A DNA stretch of 64,000 nt from Geosiphon pyriformis uo1 (Eukaryota; Fungi; Glomeromycota). Location of the stretch: assembly GCA_016748015.1 (NCBI GenBank), contig JAAOMT010000514.1:113866-177865 (forward strand), written 5' to 3'. Within the stretch, counting starts at the first letter, position 1. Every line of letters starts with the position of its first letter. Below, in pieces: positions 14,910-28,339 of this stretch. The notes below the pieces were generated by a model, which was given only the letters and a program-made list of their open reading frames with translations, had not been told where the DNA came from and did no database searches. A program made the position numbers and the translations under genes.

Positions 14910-16686
14910 TTACTCTTCTAAAAACTCCTCCTTAAGAATATCATAATATTCGCTCCAAAGCCACTCAAGCGCCTCTTCCGCTGTTGGTCTATGGAGTTTA
15001 TTTATTGCCGACAACTTTCTTGCATAGGCTTTCAATTTATCAGATTCTTGAAGTTTCGCAGGAGCCGTCAGAATCAGGTATCCAACGGACCATATGTCGA
15101 CACTCTCGTTGTGATTGTCTTCGGAAATCTCGGGTGCATGGTTCTCTGCAGCCAAGTGTGCGCCGGAAGTAAGTTCAGTAGTATAACAAGCATCATCAAA
15201 NNNNNNNNNNNNNNNNNNNNNNNNNNNNNNNNNNNNNNNNNNNNNNNNNNNNNNNNNNNNNNNNNNNNNNNNNNNNNNNNNNNNNNNNNNNNNNNNNNNN
15301 NNNNNNNNNNNNNNNNNNNNNNNNNNNNNNNNNNNNNNNNNNNNNNNNNNNNNNNNNNNNNNNNNNNNNNNNNNNNNNNNNNNNNNNNNNNNNNNNNNNN
15401 NNNNNNNNNNNNNNNNNNNNNNNNNNNNNNNNNNNNNNNNNNNNNNNNNNNNNNNNNNNNNNNNNNNNNNNNNNNNNNNNNNNNNNNNNNNNNNNNNNNN
15501 NNNNNNNNNNNNNNNNNNNNNNNNNNNNNNNNNNNNNNNNNNNNNNNNNNNNNNNNNNNNNNNNNNNNNNNNNNNNNNNNNNNNNNNNNNNNNNNNNNNN
15601 NNNNNNNNNNNNNNNNNNNNNNNNNNNNNNNNNNNNNNNNNNNNNNNNNNNNNNNNNNNNNNNNNNNNNNNNNNNNNNNNNNNNNNNNNNNNNNNNNNNN
15701 NNNNNNNNNNNNNNNNNNNNNNNNNNNNNNNNNNNNNNNNNNNNNNNNNNNNNNNNNNNNNNNNNNNNNNNNNNNNNNNNNNNNNNNNNNNNNNNNNNNN
15801 NNNNNNNNNNNNNNNNNNNNNNNNNNNNNNNNNNNNNNNNNNNNNNNNNNNNNNNNNNNNNNNNNNNNNNNNNNNNNNNNNNNNNNNNNNNNNNNNNNNN
15901 NNNNNNNNNNNNNNNNNNNNNNNNNNNNNNNNNNNNNNNNNNNNNNNNNNNNNNNNNNNNNNNNNNNNNNNNNNNNNNNNNNNNNNNNNNNNNNNNNNNN
16001 NNNNNNNNNNNNNNNNNNNNNNNNNNNNNNNNNNNNNNNNNNNNNNNNNNNNNNNNNNNNNNNNNNNNNNNNNNNNNNNNNNNNNNNNNNNNNNNNNNNN
16101 NNNNNNNNNNNNNNNNNNNNNNNNNNNNNNNNNNGACACCAAATATCTATATCAATTTGGAAAATTTCTTTTGGCAGTTCTTTTCGAAAACATTGGCAGG
16201 TCGTAACGAAAAAAGCAGTACACATCATCATAATGAAGGCATTATTCAAAGCTATGCTAACAAGGGTGTGGAGTATGAAGACACACAATGATGATAAACT
16301 CTATATAAGCTGTCTATTCTAACCTAGTACATACTACTCTACCACCCCAACACCTAAGCAACAAACTCATAATAAAAGAAAACCATTACAAAGTCGTTAC
16401 CTGTATCATCTGTTGCTGTACGTAGTTTTTCTGCCCATTTTAGCAACTCCTCCTTCCACTCGTCCTTCTCTATCTCCAGCTTTTTTTCTTGCTTTTCCAG
16501 ATCTTCCTTTTCTTCTGTCCACTTCTTCCTTTGGTTTTCGTCCACATCCTCTTTCTCTCTCAGATTCTTCTTCAACTCTTCTAATCTATCTCCCTTCTCA
16601 CCCTCCATAAACTTCTCTAGCTTCTCCACGCATCTCCCATACTGGGTCTTAGCGTATTCTAATTCACGTTTAATATCTTCAGACAT
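14910..16686 (-). CDS. Host gene: N-terminal Glu/Lys coiled-coil exon plus C-terminal protein kinase-like domain (Crinkler-type kinase style); middle hidden by N gap
   Basis: Exon 16686-16401 (MSEDIKRELE...TDDTG) ends at a canonical AG|GTAACG donor. 14910-15200 encodes FDDA...HAPE...VDIWSVGYLI...RPTAEEAL (kinase subdomains VII-XI) with a stop at 14910. Higher GC, CpGs retained. Joining the two parts is inferred across the gap. Confidence 0.7.
15201..16134. other. Assembly gap / masked stretch (934 N)
   Basis: Run of n. Confidence 0.99.
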
Positions 16687-18439
16687 GGTGTTTTGCGTGT
16701 TTGTTATGGTTTGGGAAGATATGGGCCTAATATATGTTTGGTTCGTGTCAATGAAGTTTCAGATCTTTGATTTATCAGTATTTAGGTAACAAACCCGCTA
16801 TTGTTCAATTATAACCCTGCCGTATGCCTATATAATATAATTGTTTTTTAATAATTATTGTATTGTGCAATATTCATTAAATTATTTTTGTTTTGTTAAA
16901 ATAACATTCTTATTGTTTTATATATTTAATATTGAATAAAATTCGGTTCATAATTTTAAAATAAAAATAATGGTAAGTTTTAAAATTGGAAAATTAAATA
17001 TATTTTTAATATTATTTTGCATATATATATGTAACTTTATTTTAATTTTAAACTTATGAAATAAAAGTTTATATATTTAATTTATAAATAAAACAAATTT
17101 AATAATGTTATTTTTTATGTATTAATTAAATATAATTTAATTAAAACTTAAAATATATAACAAAAATATTACTTACACCTTTTTTTATAACCAATAATTT
17201 AAACTTATATTAAGCTATATAAATTAAAAAAACTATTTATTTTTATTTTATTTATGTTTTTAGCAACTTTTTATTTAAATACTAATTTAATTTTTATTTT
17301 AAACATTATGTATTTAAGTTTTAATACTTTATTATTACTTTTATATTAATACCTTATATTTTTACAAATTATTAATTAATTATTTTTATTTTTATTAAAT
17401 AAATTTATTATTTTTTATTATTTAAAAAACATATATTATCGTTTTTATAAATTTTTAAACAATAAAACAATAATATTTAATTTAAAAATTTTTTTAATAT
17501 TTAATTTAAATAAAACAGTTTTTAAAAAAGTAAAAAAACAGTTTTTAAATAAAAAATTCTGTTTTTGTTATATTTCTATTACTATTTTACAAGATTATAA
17601 TTTTTAACTTAAATTTAATAGCTATTATTAATAATACTATAATTAAAAAAGTCAATAAATAAAACTATTTATGGTTTTATAAATAATATTTTTACACAAA
17701 AATTTAAAGTTTTGGTTAAAATATTAAAAACTTAGATAATAAGATAAATTTAATTTTAAAAATAATATATGTATTAAATAATTTTGCAAAAAAGATAAAT
17801 TTTTTTTTAAATATTAATTTGTTAAAAATTGTTAAAAAATTATTAGATTTATATTATTTTTTAACATTAATTAAAAATAAAAAAATCTAAATAAACAATA
17901 ATCTTAAAAAACAAAAAATATATTTAAATTAAGTTATAATTTTCAAAAAAATTTTCATAAATATTTTTAAAAAAATAATTATTTTAGTTTTATTTAAATT
18001 TAATAAGATTATATTAATCTAATAATAACTAATTAGACTATAATAAAAAGCTATAATAAAATTTGTTAAATTTAATTAGATTAATTTATTGTCTTTAAAT
18101 ATTTTTTTTAATTAATAAAAATTTTATATATAATTAAGACTAATAAAAATTAAACAATATAAAAACAAAAAAATAAATTTAAAACTGTATTGTTTATTTT
18201 GTTTATGTATATTATTGTTTATAATAATCCTTTAAATAAATCTAAAAAAATTTACATTATAAATTATATATATTATTATTATTTATAAAATATAAAATAT
18301 AATTGTTTATTTTAAGAATAAAAAAATTTTAAAAACTTTTTTCTCTTCTTTGTTTCAAATTTCTGAAAAAGAGTCAAAAGTTTTTTGAAAGAAGTTTTTT
18401 ACAATTCAGTATGATAAATCTAAACCCTTTATTCTTGAC

Positions 18440-20267
18440 TATAAGACTACTGTTGGCTATAGTATTGCTGTGATGAAAATAACTGCTAAAGTTTCTGGTT
18501 CTAGTGGTGGTTTTAAATCTGTTCTTCCAAGGAAGAAAAGAAGAAACAGTGTTTTAGAAGATGGTTCTAGTTAAGAAAATATTGGTCTTAAAGTTCAAAA
18601 TAATTGCTTATGAGATTCAAAAACTGGTGATACCACTAAGTCTGAAAGTATTGACATAGAAGAGAAATGTCTGGTGGAAGAGACCAGTTTCGATTATGGT
18701 GAAGGTGGTGCTTTTGCTAGGAAAAATCATGATCAAACACCTACAGGCTTAAAGGTTAAAACCAAGAAGACATTAATAAACCATTGGGAAAAATTAATTT
18801 CTTACCAAACAGTAATGACAATGATGTGCTTTTGGATGCCCCACTGGTACTCTCTCTATCTGTAAAAAATTTGGTCAATGTTTCTGTTTAGAAATCCTTT
18901 GCTTTGGATATTGAGTTGGACAAGATAATTGGGAAATCTTCTCAAAAAAAGCTTCAAGTAGTCAGAAAGTTGTTTTCAAAAATTAATGGTTTTGAAAGGG
19001 CTTCTATCCCCTCAAAATTTGCTGAAATCATTAGAGCAATGTTCATTTTTGAACTAAGTTTGGCTCAGGCTACAAAAAAAGCTGAAGAAGCAAAGATATT
19101 AGTAAACACCAATCTCAAAAAATCATCTGGACATTCAGATCAAACTGTGTTATTAAAGAAAATTTCAGTTGGAACATCAACAGAGGCTGTGTACACTGCA
19201 CTATCTGAGTTTGGAATTATTAAGTCAATCAAGATACAGTTGGTAGAGCTGTGGCAAAAAGCAGTGGTAGAGTTTAAACAGATTGATCATGCTGATTTGG
19301 TCACAACAAAATAGTCTATTCTAATCAGAAAAGATGTAGTACATGTTGCTAAATTTGATGTGAACAAAGAATCATGAAATATAAAAGATGTTTACAAAGC
19401 TCTTCTGCACACTCTGCCAATGAAGACCAATACACATAATATCTGGAATTATGTTACTTCAGTGGGTAGGAAAACTTGTATCATTGACCATCACCTGGTT
19501 TCTTATGTCTGAGCCAGATGTGCTGCTGTTTGTTTTGATTTTGCTGAGTCATTGAATGCTGTTATGAAGACCACACTTGTTCTAAAAGAGACCAGTTTGC
19601 ACTGGTCTTGTCTTGTTTTGGCTGAGTGTGCTGGATATGAGAAATTGGGCTATACATTATTGGCTTGTTCTATTGGTAAGAAGAAAGATGTTTCTTTTTG
19701 TGTCTCATTACAAAAGACTCTTTCTAATTTTGATAAAAGCAGACTGGCTGCCATTTATGCTAAATGCTCAGCTCCAATTGCTTGTTCTGTTTCTTTCAGT
19801 GATGTCTTATGAGCACAGATTGCTGGTAGGTCTTCTTTCTTCCCTCCTTCTGTTTGAAATGTTTTGTTGAATGCTGGTTCCTCTTTGAAGATGAAAACCA
19901 CTTCATTAGTGTTATTGAAATTGAATGATAGGTTTGCCACTCTCAAGCATAGTCTTATCAGTCTCACAAAATGCGTTGATAAGTTGGTTATAAGGTTGGA
20001 TACATCCAGGCCAACAGTTTTCTAGCCTAGCTCTAGATGTTAGCTGTTGGTAACCTTTTATCACAGAATCAAGAGGCAGATATAGTGATAAGTGAAGGTT
20101 CGGGTGTAGTCACTGGTGGTGAGACTGTCACAGAAAGAGTGATTTTTGATCCCTTAGTTGTCAAAAAAATGGAAGAAACTTTGAACAATTTGTCAATCAT
20201 AATAATGGGTTTTTCAGCCAAAATGGACAATACTGGTTTGGTTTTCACTACTTCTGTTTCTCAATGA
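18440..20267 (+). pseudogene. LINE ORF1 (nucleic-acid-binding protein), degraded
   Basis: Fragments 18904-19314, 19552-19812, 20037-20267; RRM-like ALSEFGIIKSIKIQL...AVVEF and decayed zinc knuckle CAGYEKLGYTLLAC. Confidence 0.75.
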
Positions 20268-23200
20268 TAGATTTAGTTTGGAAAATTGCAATTTGCAATA
20301 TTAAAGACATGAACAATTCTGCAAAGCAGAATAATATAGTGTGTTGGCATAAAGACATGAACAATCTGATTTCTATTTTTACAGAAACTAAGTTGAAGGG
20401 AAAAGTTTGTCCTTGGATTGCTAACAAATTTGGTGATGTCTGTGTGTTTATTTCTGGTTTGAACTCTGGTCACTTGGAATCAGGTGTTGCTATGGTCATA
20501 GACAATTTTTTGGTAAGATACGTGTGTAAGATTTCTAAGATATCTGGTTAGCTCTTCTCTATTAAGTTGCTCTTTAAGAATAAACTTTCTGTTTCAATTC
20601 TGGAATTCTATGCTGGTGCTTTTTCTGCAGTTCAATTCTCCCAAGCTGGTAATATCAACACTCTTATTGTCAAAGCCACAAATGAATCTTCTTTTGTCGT
20701 CCTTGGTGGTAATTTCAATAAAGATAATTCTCACAAGTATGTGAGTTTTAAAAAATGTTTCAGTTTGGGTCTAGTTAATTCCTTAGTTGGAAGCTTAGTG
20801 GCTAAATTGTCTATGTGGAAAAACTCTAGAGGTATTGTTAAAACAATTGACTATATTTTTGTTTCTCCAAATCTGGTCAATGTGATTCTATGTTGTGATG
20901 TCTTAGATGTTAGTGAGCACTTTGACACTGATCATCATGCTGTTTCTGTGTCTATGAGTTTGGGTGGACTTTTGAATGTGCAGTTAAACTCTCTTTGCAA
21001 ACAGACTAACAGAGATTGTTAGAAGTTTGACATCAAAGGCACTAATAAAATGATATAAGATGAGTTTAAAGATGCTATGATGGCCAATACTGCTATGTTT
21101 TCTGATGAGTTTGTTACATCTAAAGAGCATTCGGATTTGAACGCTATGTAAGATACTATTTGTAAAATGGTGTCTTTTTCAGCTAATGGTGTTTTCCAAA
21201 AAAAATGGTTTAAGGGCTACAATGAGATGTTTATCAAAGAATTGTCCAGGTTTCACAAACTGGAAGTTTTGGTTTCAAGATTGGCCAAGGCTTTTCATGA
21301 GATTAAGTTTGACAGGTTTGTCTTTTTTTTGAAATGTTGGAACTCTTTGGATGCTGACAAGGCTTCTATTATTTAGGCTCTTGTTAGCTCTGGTGTGGAT
21401 TTTGGTCATATATATTCTGCTTTCTTTGATGTGAGAAAGTCTTACCATGTGTCCAAGCTGGCTGAGTCTTTACATACTAAGGAATTGGACATCAGATCTA
21501 CTATTGAGAAACAGATGAAGAGTTTTGCAATCAACAAAGGCCATACAATCCATAGTGTGTTGGAATATTCTTTTTAGAAAGTGGTACTGAACCACCTGAT
21601 TTCTGATAGTAGTTTAATTGTGAATCCAGTTGATGTTAAGAATAATGTTGACAGAATAATGGAAGGATAAACTAGAAAGAGAGTGGTGTTATATAACATC
21701 TTTGATTCATGGCAATGTTAATACCTGCCATTAAATTATGTTGACAATAATGCTTTTTCTGGAATAATAGACACTATTAGCTTTGAAAATTTGGTACAGA
21801 TGGTCAAAATTCTGCCAGATGACAAAGCTGTTGGTTTATCAAGTATAATGAATAAACTTTGAAAACACTGTAATGGTTCCATGTTTAGTATGCTGTTAGA
21901 TCTTTTGAATTTTTGTTTGGTTTGTGAATCTGTACTCCAACTCTGAAAAGAAGCTTGGGTGTCTATGATTTCTAAATCTTATGAATAGGAAGGTGTTCTG
22001 ACCAATATTAGACCAATAGCTTTAATTAAGACTGCTCATAAGGTTCTCTTTAAGATACTTTCTAATAGGATTTCATTGGCATGCAGTGTGTTTGATGTTT
22101 TTTGTGGTAACAATTTCTCTGTGCTAAAGAGCACTACCATCCAGTCTTCTATTTTTACCATTGGTTTGATTATTGAAAATGTTTTGGAAAAGAATCATGA
22201 ACTTTGGCTTGTTTTACAGAATATGCAGAAGACCTATAACTCTGTGAGTTGGCATTACTTATAGAATAGTTTGGTTCAAGTTAAGATGTATGATTGTTTT
22301 ATTAGATTTTTTGGAGGTATTCACAATGATCATGTTAATCATGTTATGATTGACTTTAGTTTGACTGATGGGTACCAGATACATGATAGTCTTGACCAGA
22401 GTGAAGTGTTTTCTTTCCTGTTGTAAAGAATCTTTTACAATCTTCTTTTATGCAAAATTAAAAAACAGAAAAGTTTGTGTAGATACTGTATTGACTTCAG
22501 ATTTGTTGCTAAAATGGACAGGTTAAAAAACTGAGATGGTTTGACTTTGTTTTTAGTGACTGGTACTTTTGTTGATGACACAATATAGGTGGGAAGTAGC
22601 CAGACTGCCATTTAGTACATTCTGAACATTGTTAGTGAGTTTTTTAGTATAAACAACATCTTCATTAATAATGAAAAGACTGTGGCTATTCTTATTAACA
22701 GAAGGGTAAGGAAGACATCATTGTCAATAAGTGGTTTATCAATTTTTATTGTTTATAAAGGGGAGTTTCATAGGTATCTTGGGATTTATTTGTCATCAGA
22801 GAATTTGTTCAAATCCAGTTTGGCAAAAGCTTATTTGGATGTTAGGTTCTTTGTAAATTTGGTTTTGAAGAAGACTATTTCTGACAAACAGTTTTTCTAT
22901 CTGGTATTGGCTGTTTTGCAATTCATTGTCAGTTATAGATCCCAATTTAGTTTTCTTTTTAAAAGTGTGTATATTAAGTGGGACATGTTAATTCGAAAAG
23001 ATTTAAGACTTAAGGCTGGGCTACTAAGAAATTTTCCTAATGAGGCTCTTTATCATCTGTCTTTATATGGTCTGAAGTCTTTTGAACAGTTGCAAGCCAA
23101 GTGCAAAGTGGCTTCTGTGCTGAATTTCTCAAATGCTGGTGGAATTCTGGGTCACTTGTTTATTCATAAGTCTCTAGATCTACAGATTCTAAGTTGGTTA

Positions 23201-25931
23201 TCTGTTCACCCTTTATGTTACTCAGTCAGGTTATGTGTTATTCTAGTCAACAATTTTTTGGCTGGTATTGTTAAAATTTTTTTGGATTGTAATATGTCTC
23301 TTGGAAACTTTTCTCATATGGTGTTCTATTTTTTTGGGGGGACTTTGATGTTATTACCGGAGGTTTTTGGTCTCTTTTTTTTAATGTTGTTAATGTCTGT
23401 TTGCTGTGAATTCATGTTTTCTGGATGTGATTGAACCTCCAGCAACTGAATTTATCTTCAAATTATCTTTTATAATTTGAACTACTGGGCTTATAAGTGG
23501 AATGGCCAATTCTGTCCCAGTTACTTTATGTAGTTACGTTGTAATAAACGTCAATTCTTTCCCAGGAATTGCTTGTTTGGAAGCTCACTAAGAATGTGTA
23601 GTTACTTTGCTGTGAAAGTCAACTCTTCTACAGGAATCTCATCTGTAGGCTACCCTAATGATTGTAATAAGAAAAAAAATAAAAAATAAAAGAAATGTAA
23701 AAGAAATAGGATTTTTATCAAGGGAAATGTTTTCTATCCAGGCCTGGAGTCACTAACAGTTTATTGAAATTGGTAGCTAATCAATTTCAAAACGTTAGTT
23801 GGGTTTCGGGAATTTTCCAAGTGTAATAATTAAAGAATTTGGTTTTTCAAATTATTTGATATTTATTTCTTTTGTGTGTATAGGAATGGTTCTAAGTGAT
23901 AAATCTAAGGTAAGATACATTTTTCTCGAAAAGAGAAGCTCTTCTTTTATACAACTTGTCATAACACTATTCTATGAATTTGAACTTTGCTATTTTCTAC
24001 AATTTCGCTAAACTAAAGATACATTTTGGCAAACTACAAGTTATTTTTGCAAACTATTAGATATTTCGGTGAACTATCAATTATTTTGGCAAATTTCTAT
24101 AAATTTCGGCGAACTTTTGAATGTTACATAGTTTGGGGTATTGCATGATTGATCATTGCAATTAGGTTACATTTGTGTTGTGTACAATTTGGGTTATTAA
24201 TTAAATGATAATTTCGGACATTTTTGCTAATATAATAAGTGATAATTTGAAACAATAATATATGCTAATTAATGATAGGAATTATAAAATAATTTTTATG
24301 CTAAATAATATCTCTAATTTCATCTAGTAACAATGTCTTTAGTTTTAGGGAATTGTTTGTTTTGTAAAGTTTTACACTCACTTAAGAGATTTGGAGTTGC
24401 TTTTGTTGAACAGCTGTATACTAAAAAGAATTTGATTTTTGACTGGAAAAGCTTCTATTATTGGAAGAGGCTCAACCCAAAAGGCCCAGTCTCTAATTGG
24501 TTCAATTTGGCATGTGACTTCCTGGCTCACTCCTCTCCTCATGTGAATCTACCTGCTGCTGACCTCTGATTACTAAATATTGGTGGTTTGAGTAGTGTTT
24601 CTTGGCTAAAACAGTGTTTTCTCACCTCCAATTTAAATGTAGTTAAAATTTACACAGATAGATCTTTAAAAAATTTTGGTACATGAGAGATGAAATATGG
24701 TGTGACTGCTTATTTCTCAAATGTGGATCTAGGTATTGGAATAAGAGTTAGTGGATTGGTTTCTTTTACTTTAGCTAAATTGTAAGTAATTGCTTTGGCC
24801 TTAGAGTGTATTCCTCTTCACAGTTCTGTTGTGGTTTATTCTAACAGTTAAGCTATCCTGAATGCTTGTACTGCTGAGTCAGTTTTGGCTTCTCTGGACT
24901 TCCACAACTGCTGCTGGATGGAGTGGCATGGTGTTGTAAATCTGATTAGAGAAAAAAGGTTTAGTGTTTCTTGGCATAAAGTTAAAGAACATTTGGGTGT
25001 TTTAGGTAACAAGCATGCTGACAAGTTGGCTGATTCTACTGTGAGTTCAAGTTTGGTGCTTCCTACTTTAATTAGGGAAGTGTTCATTAAGGCTGGTGGG
25101 GTGGTGGTGTCTGGTAATGTTCAGCATTTTGCTCGGAATGTTTTTAGAACTGTGAATCATGCTTGTTAAGAGATTGGTCTTGGTTCTGCTGTTATTAACA
25201 AAGATATGGTTGGTGATTTTGATTGGGTTTGTACTGCTTTGGTTTGGCACCCCAACTTGCACATGGCAGCTGGATTTACAAGCAAGTCTACCTCTGGTCT
25301 GTGATCATATTTTTTGAAAACTTTGTACTGCTGTCTACTAGTCGCTATGTGGAAATATTTGTATAATAGGGATTATCCAAGTGTTTTATGTCTTCATTGT
25401 AGGGAGGTGAAGAGCTCTGATCACTTTTTTGTGTGTACATTTGACTTTGGAGTCCATAAAAATCTGCTTGCTTCCCATCTGGCTAAGTGGCATGCCATGT
25501 CTTGTTTGGGTCTCTCTTTGTTTCAAATCTCATAGGTGCTTTCTTTGTGCACCTCTGATAATATGCTGTATACCATTTTGAGCAAAGACTTCTTGTTTAA
25601 AGAGTGATATCAGGAAGCTGTTTCTGTTTTGAGTGATGCTAAGCTTGCAGAAAGTGTTATTATTGACTTTGTTTAGAGTTTTGGTGCTGCTTACCGTGTT
25701 GACATATGGTTGATTAGAGTCAAATATAGGGCTTTTATGGAGAAAAATGGTTTAATTTTTTGTGATAGTTCTGTTTTTCTTGTAACCTAAGATTTGTTAT
25801 CTTTGTTCTTAGCTAAGGTGGTCAAATTACTTGAAATTGCTAAAGTACTTAGTGTCTGTTTTGGTTTTTGTAAACCCTACTGTTTTTTTTCTGGTATTGA
25901 TGATGTGGTGTTTGTTATGATAGATTCATAG
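20264..25931 (+). pseudogene. LINE ORF2: APE endonuclease, RT, RNase H, C-terminal zinc finger; split by solo LTR 23352-24332
   Basis: APE: IAICNIK, FTETKL, GGNFN, TIDYIF, DTDHHAV. RT: RPIALI, FVDDT (~22567), YLGIYL. RNase H: IYTD(R)S, HKVKEHLGVLGNKHADKLA. Finger: CLHCREVKSSDHFFVC. Confidence 0.9.
23352..24332 (-). mobile_element. Solo LTR, family A, with perfect 4-bp TSD ATGT
   Basis: tattaccggagg...ctagtaaca flanked by atgt at 23348-23351 and 24333-24336; the LINE frame resumes (TL M|SLVLG). Confidence 0.93.
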
Positions 25932-26654
25932 TATTGCTTTGATCAGCTTGAATGGCTGGTTGTGTATAGAAAATGCATAATTTGTGCCTAGTTTAGATCA
26001 CTTAGTCTGATGTATTGTGCTAAGTAACATTTGGGCTTCACTTGTTAAATGTTAATAAATAAAAAAAAAAAAAAATTTGAATTAAATTTATTATATTATT
26101 TGTGTTTTTAATAAAAATTAATTTTTAATAAATTAAATTAAATTTAATTTAATATATAACTTATAAATTTTTTGAATATTTTAAATTAAAATATAATTTT
26201 CTTAAATAAATTCTAAAAATACATGTTTTTTAAAATTAATTAGTCTTATTTTATTAATTTTTATGTCAAAAAAAATGTTTTTATTTTTTATATAATCATT
26301 TTTAATAGTAAATTATAAATTTAAATAGTTGTTTTTGGCCAAATTTTTGGTTATAATATATTTTGTTTAATGTTTTTTTTAATTTATTTTTTTATTAATA
26401 GATTTTAAATAAATATTTTAAAATATAATATTAAGCTTTTGTCTAATTAAACCTTAATAATATTTTTTAAATTAGATATTATATTTTTATTTGCTGTTTT
26501 TTTAGTTTACAGCTTTTTTTAATATTAACTTTTAATTTTAATATAATTTTAGACAATATTTTTAAGAAAATTATTAATATATTGTTTATAAACTTTATTA
26601 TTTCTGTTTTTATAATATCTAAGTTAAAATATCTTAAAGTTAAATTGACTAAAC

Positions 26655-26674
26655 TTTTTTTTTTTTATTAACAT
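26655..26674 (-). mobile_element. Residual 3' tail of a minus-strand LINE
   Basis: Reverse complement atgttaat + A12 matches the tail of the LINE ending at 26075; cut by the LTR at 26675. Confidence 0.5.
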
Positions 26675-27517
26675 TGTTACAGGTGATTACTTGGGGTCTC
26701 AAATCAAATAACAAATCCATAACTTGGTGCTCAAATGTAATTGGTGCTGTTAGAAATCTAAAGATTTTGTTGTTGAATCCTTTGTATAATGAATAGAGAT
26801 TCAATAGTGTTGTTATCCGTAGCTTTTCAAAATTGCAATTCTGTTAATTCTTCTCTTGGCGTGGTGGCCAGCAATCTTCTGGTAAGTATTCCGTATCTCT
26901 TATATATGTCCTACCCACTTGCAGGGGTTTTTTACCAGGCAATCTTTGACGTCAGTAATCCAGCACTTTAATCAATTAATTAGTGCACAACAAATAATAA
27001 AAAATAATGAAAAAAAATAAAAAAAGAGATAAGAAAATAAGTCAAGGCGATGAACAAATTAGTATTCCGTCAATAGCCATGATTAAGAGCTATTGTTCCA
27101 GTGTGGTTAAGTATTAATTACTATCAACATAGAGTGTTGATAGTGGAAGGTGGAATTAAAATAAGAATAATTATTTATTTAATATTTTTAAATTGAAAGA
27201 CTGCTTAAATGAATCTAAACTGAGAGGTCTCTAACTAAAGAATTCTGTTTTTTCTACTTCTAACATTACTACTATATATACATAATTGATGTTCTATAAG
27301 ATCACTCACATTCTCGAGTGATGTGCTATAATTTCTTGAACAATGCTCACATTGTTGAGCAATGTGTTCTAATTTCTAATATTGCTTCACATTGCTAAGC
27401 AATGTGCCATAATTTTTGACATTGCTCTACATTGCTGAGCAATGTGCTCACATACTAACTACTACTCTCTTATTGGTCTATTATTCTTTTATATCTGTTT
27501 TTTTTTTATGAGTAACA
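26675..27517 (-). repeat. 3' LTR of B1
   Basis: tgttacagg...atgagtaaca; inverted homolog of 47058-47937; internal attgctgagcaatgtg repeats. Confidence 0.9.
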
Positions 27518-27530
27518 TTATCTTCTTTTT

Positions 27531-28190
27531 TTAATATTGAGCTCCATCGAAATCTTCATTTTGAATTAATTCTAATACTTCTTTTTCAAGTATTGTTTGT
27601 TTGACTCTGTTTCTCATGTCTTCTACTTGTGTATTGTTTATTCTTTTCTATTGGTTAATGGTTATGGTTTCTATGTCAGAGTGTAACAGTATTTCTGGAT
27701 CATTCCAAAATATGTTGTGTAATTAGTAAATTGTTCCCACATGTAGTGTTGAGTTTGTTTTCTTTCTAATGAATTTTTCAATTTGCTGTATTATGTTTTG
27801 GTTAAATATTCTTTTGGATTTGTCAATATACAACTCTTGAATATTTAACTTTCGACCTAATTGGTAGTAACAATATAATATTAGAAGTTGTTCTGTCCAT
27901 TGCTTTCAATTCTCTTTTGTAAGTTTTTCTGTTGGTATTATTATAGGTATTTTCCCAAAAGTGTTTTTTACTTTTTCTATTATGTTATCTGACCAGTTTT
28001 TATCATTCTTTGGTAACTGCTAATATAATATATTCTTTGTCTTTCTTTTGGTGTTTTGATAACAAATTGTTTGGTTGTTAACAATTACTTCTATGTCTAA
28101 AAGTTGTCGACTTATGGCCTGAAATAATTGCTGAGCTATGGTATAAATATGATCTGGTATTTCTATTTTTCTTGGTTGCTTTTGTTGCAT
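27531..28190 (-). pseudogene. ORF3 of B1 (220 codons, four in-frame stops)
   Basis: Hand translation gives MQQKQPRKIEIPDH...LYCYYQLGRKL...EDFDGAQY* in one frame; the stops are of C>T/G>A type. Confidence 0.75.
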
Positions 28191-28339
28191 ATACTATGTT
28201 TTTATATACTTTTTTATTGTTTGATTTTACATATTTGGTTTAATGATTATAATTAGTTCCAGATTTCGTGGAATTTCATCTGGTTGGACTAGTATTCATT
28301 GTACTCTCAGTTGTGGAATGTTATTGGTGGATGATGATG

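Larger units (their letters stand above)
18335..26075 (+). mobile_element. Near full-length non-LTR retrotransposon (LINE) with RNase H, containing a solo LTR
   Basis: ORF1 then ORF2 with APE, RT, RNase H and Cys/His finger motifs; ends gttaataaat plus A15 at 26061-26075. The 5' end is approximate. Confidence 0.92.

Noticed and set aside
14991-16322. Long 400+ aa ORFs in the ORF track
   Set aside because: Artefacts of translating the N run.
18315-26085. Target-site duplication for the long LINE
   Set aside because: Candidate aaaaattt matches are low complexity in AT-rich DNA and cannot be trusted.
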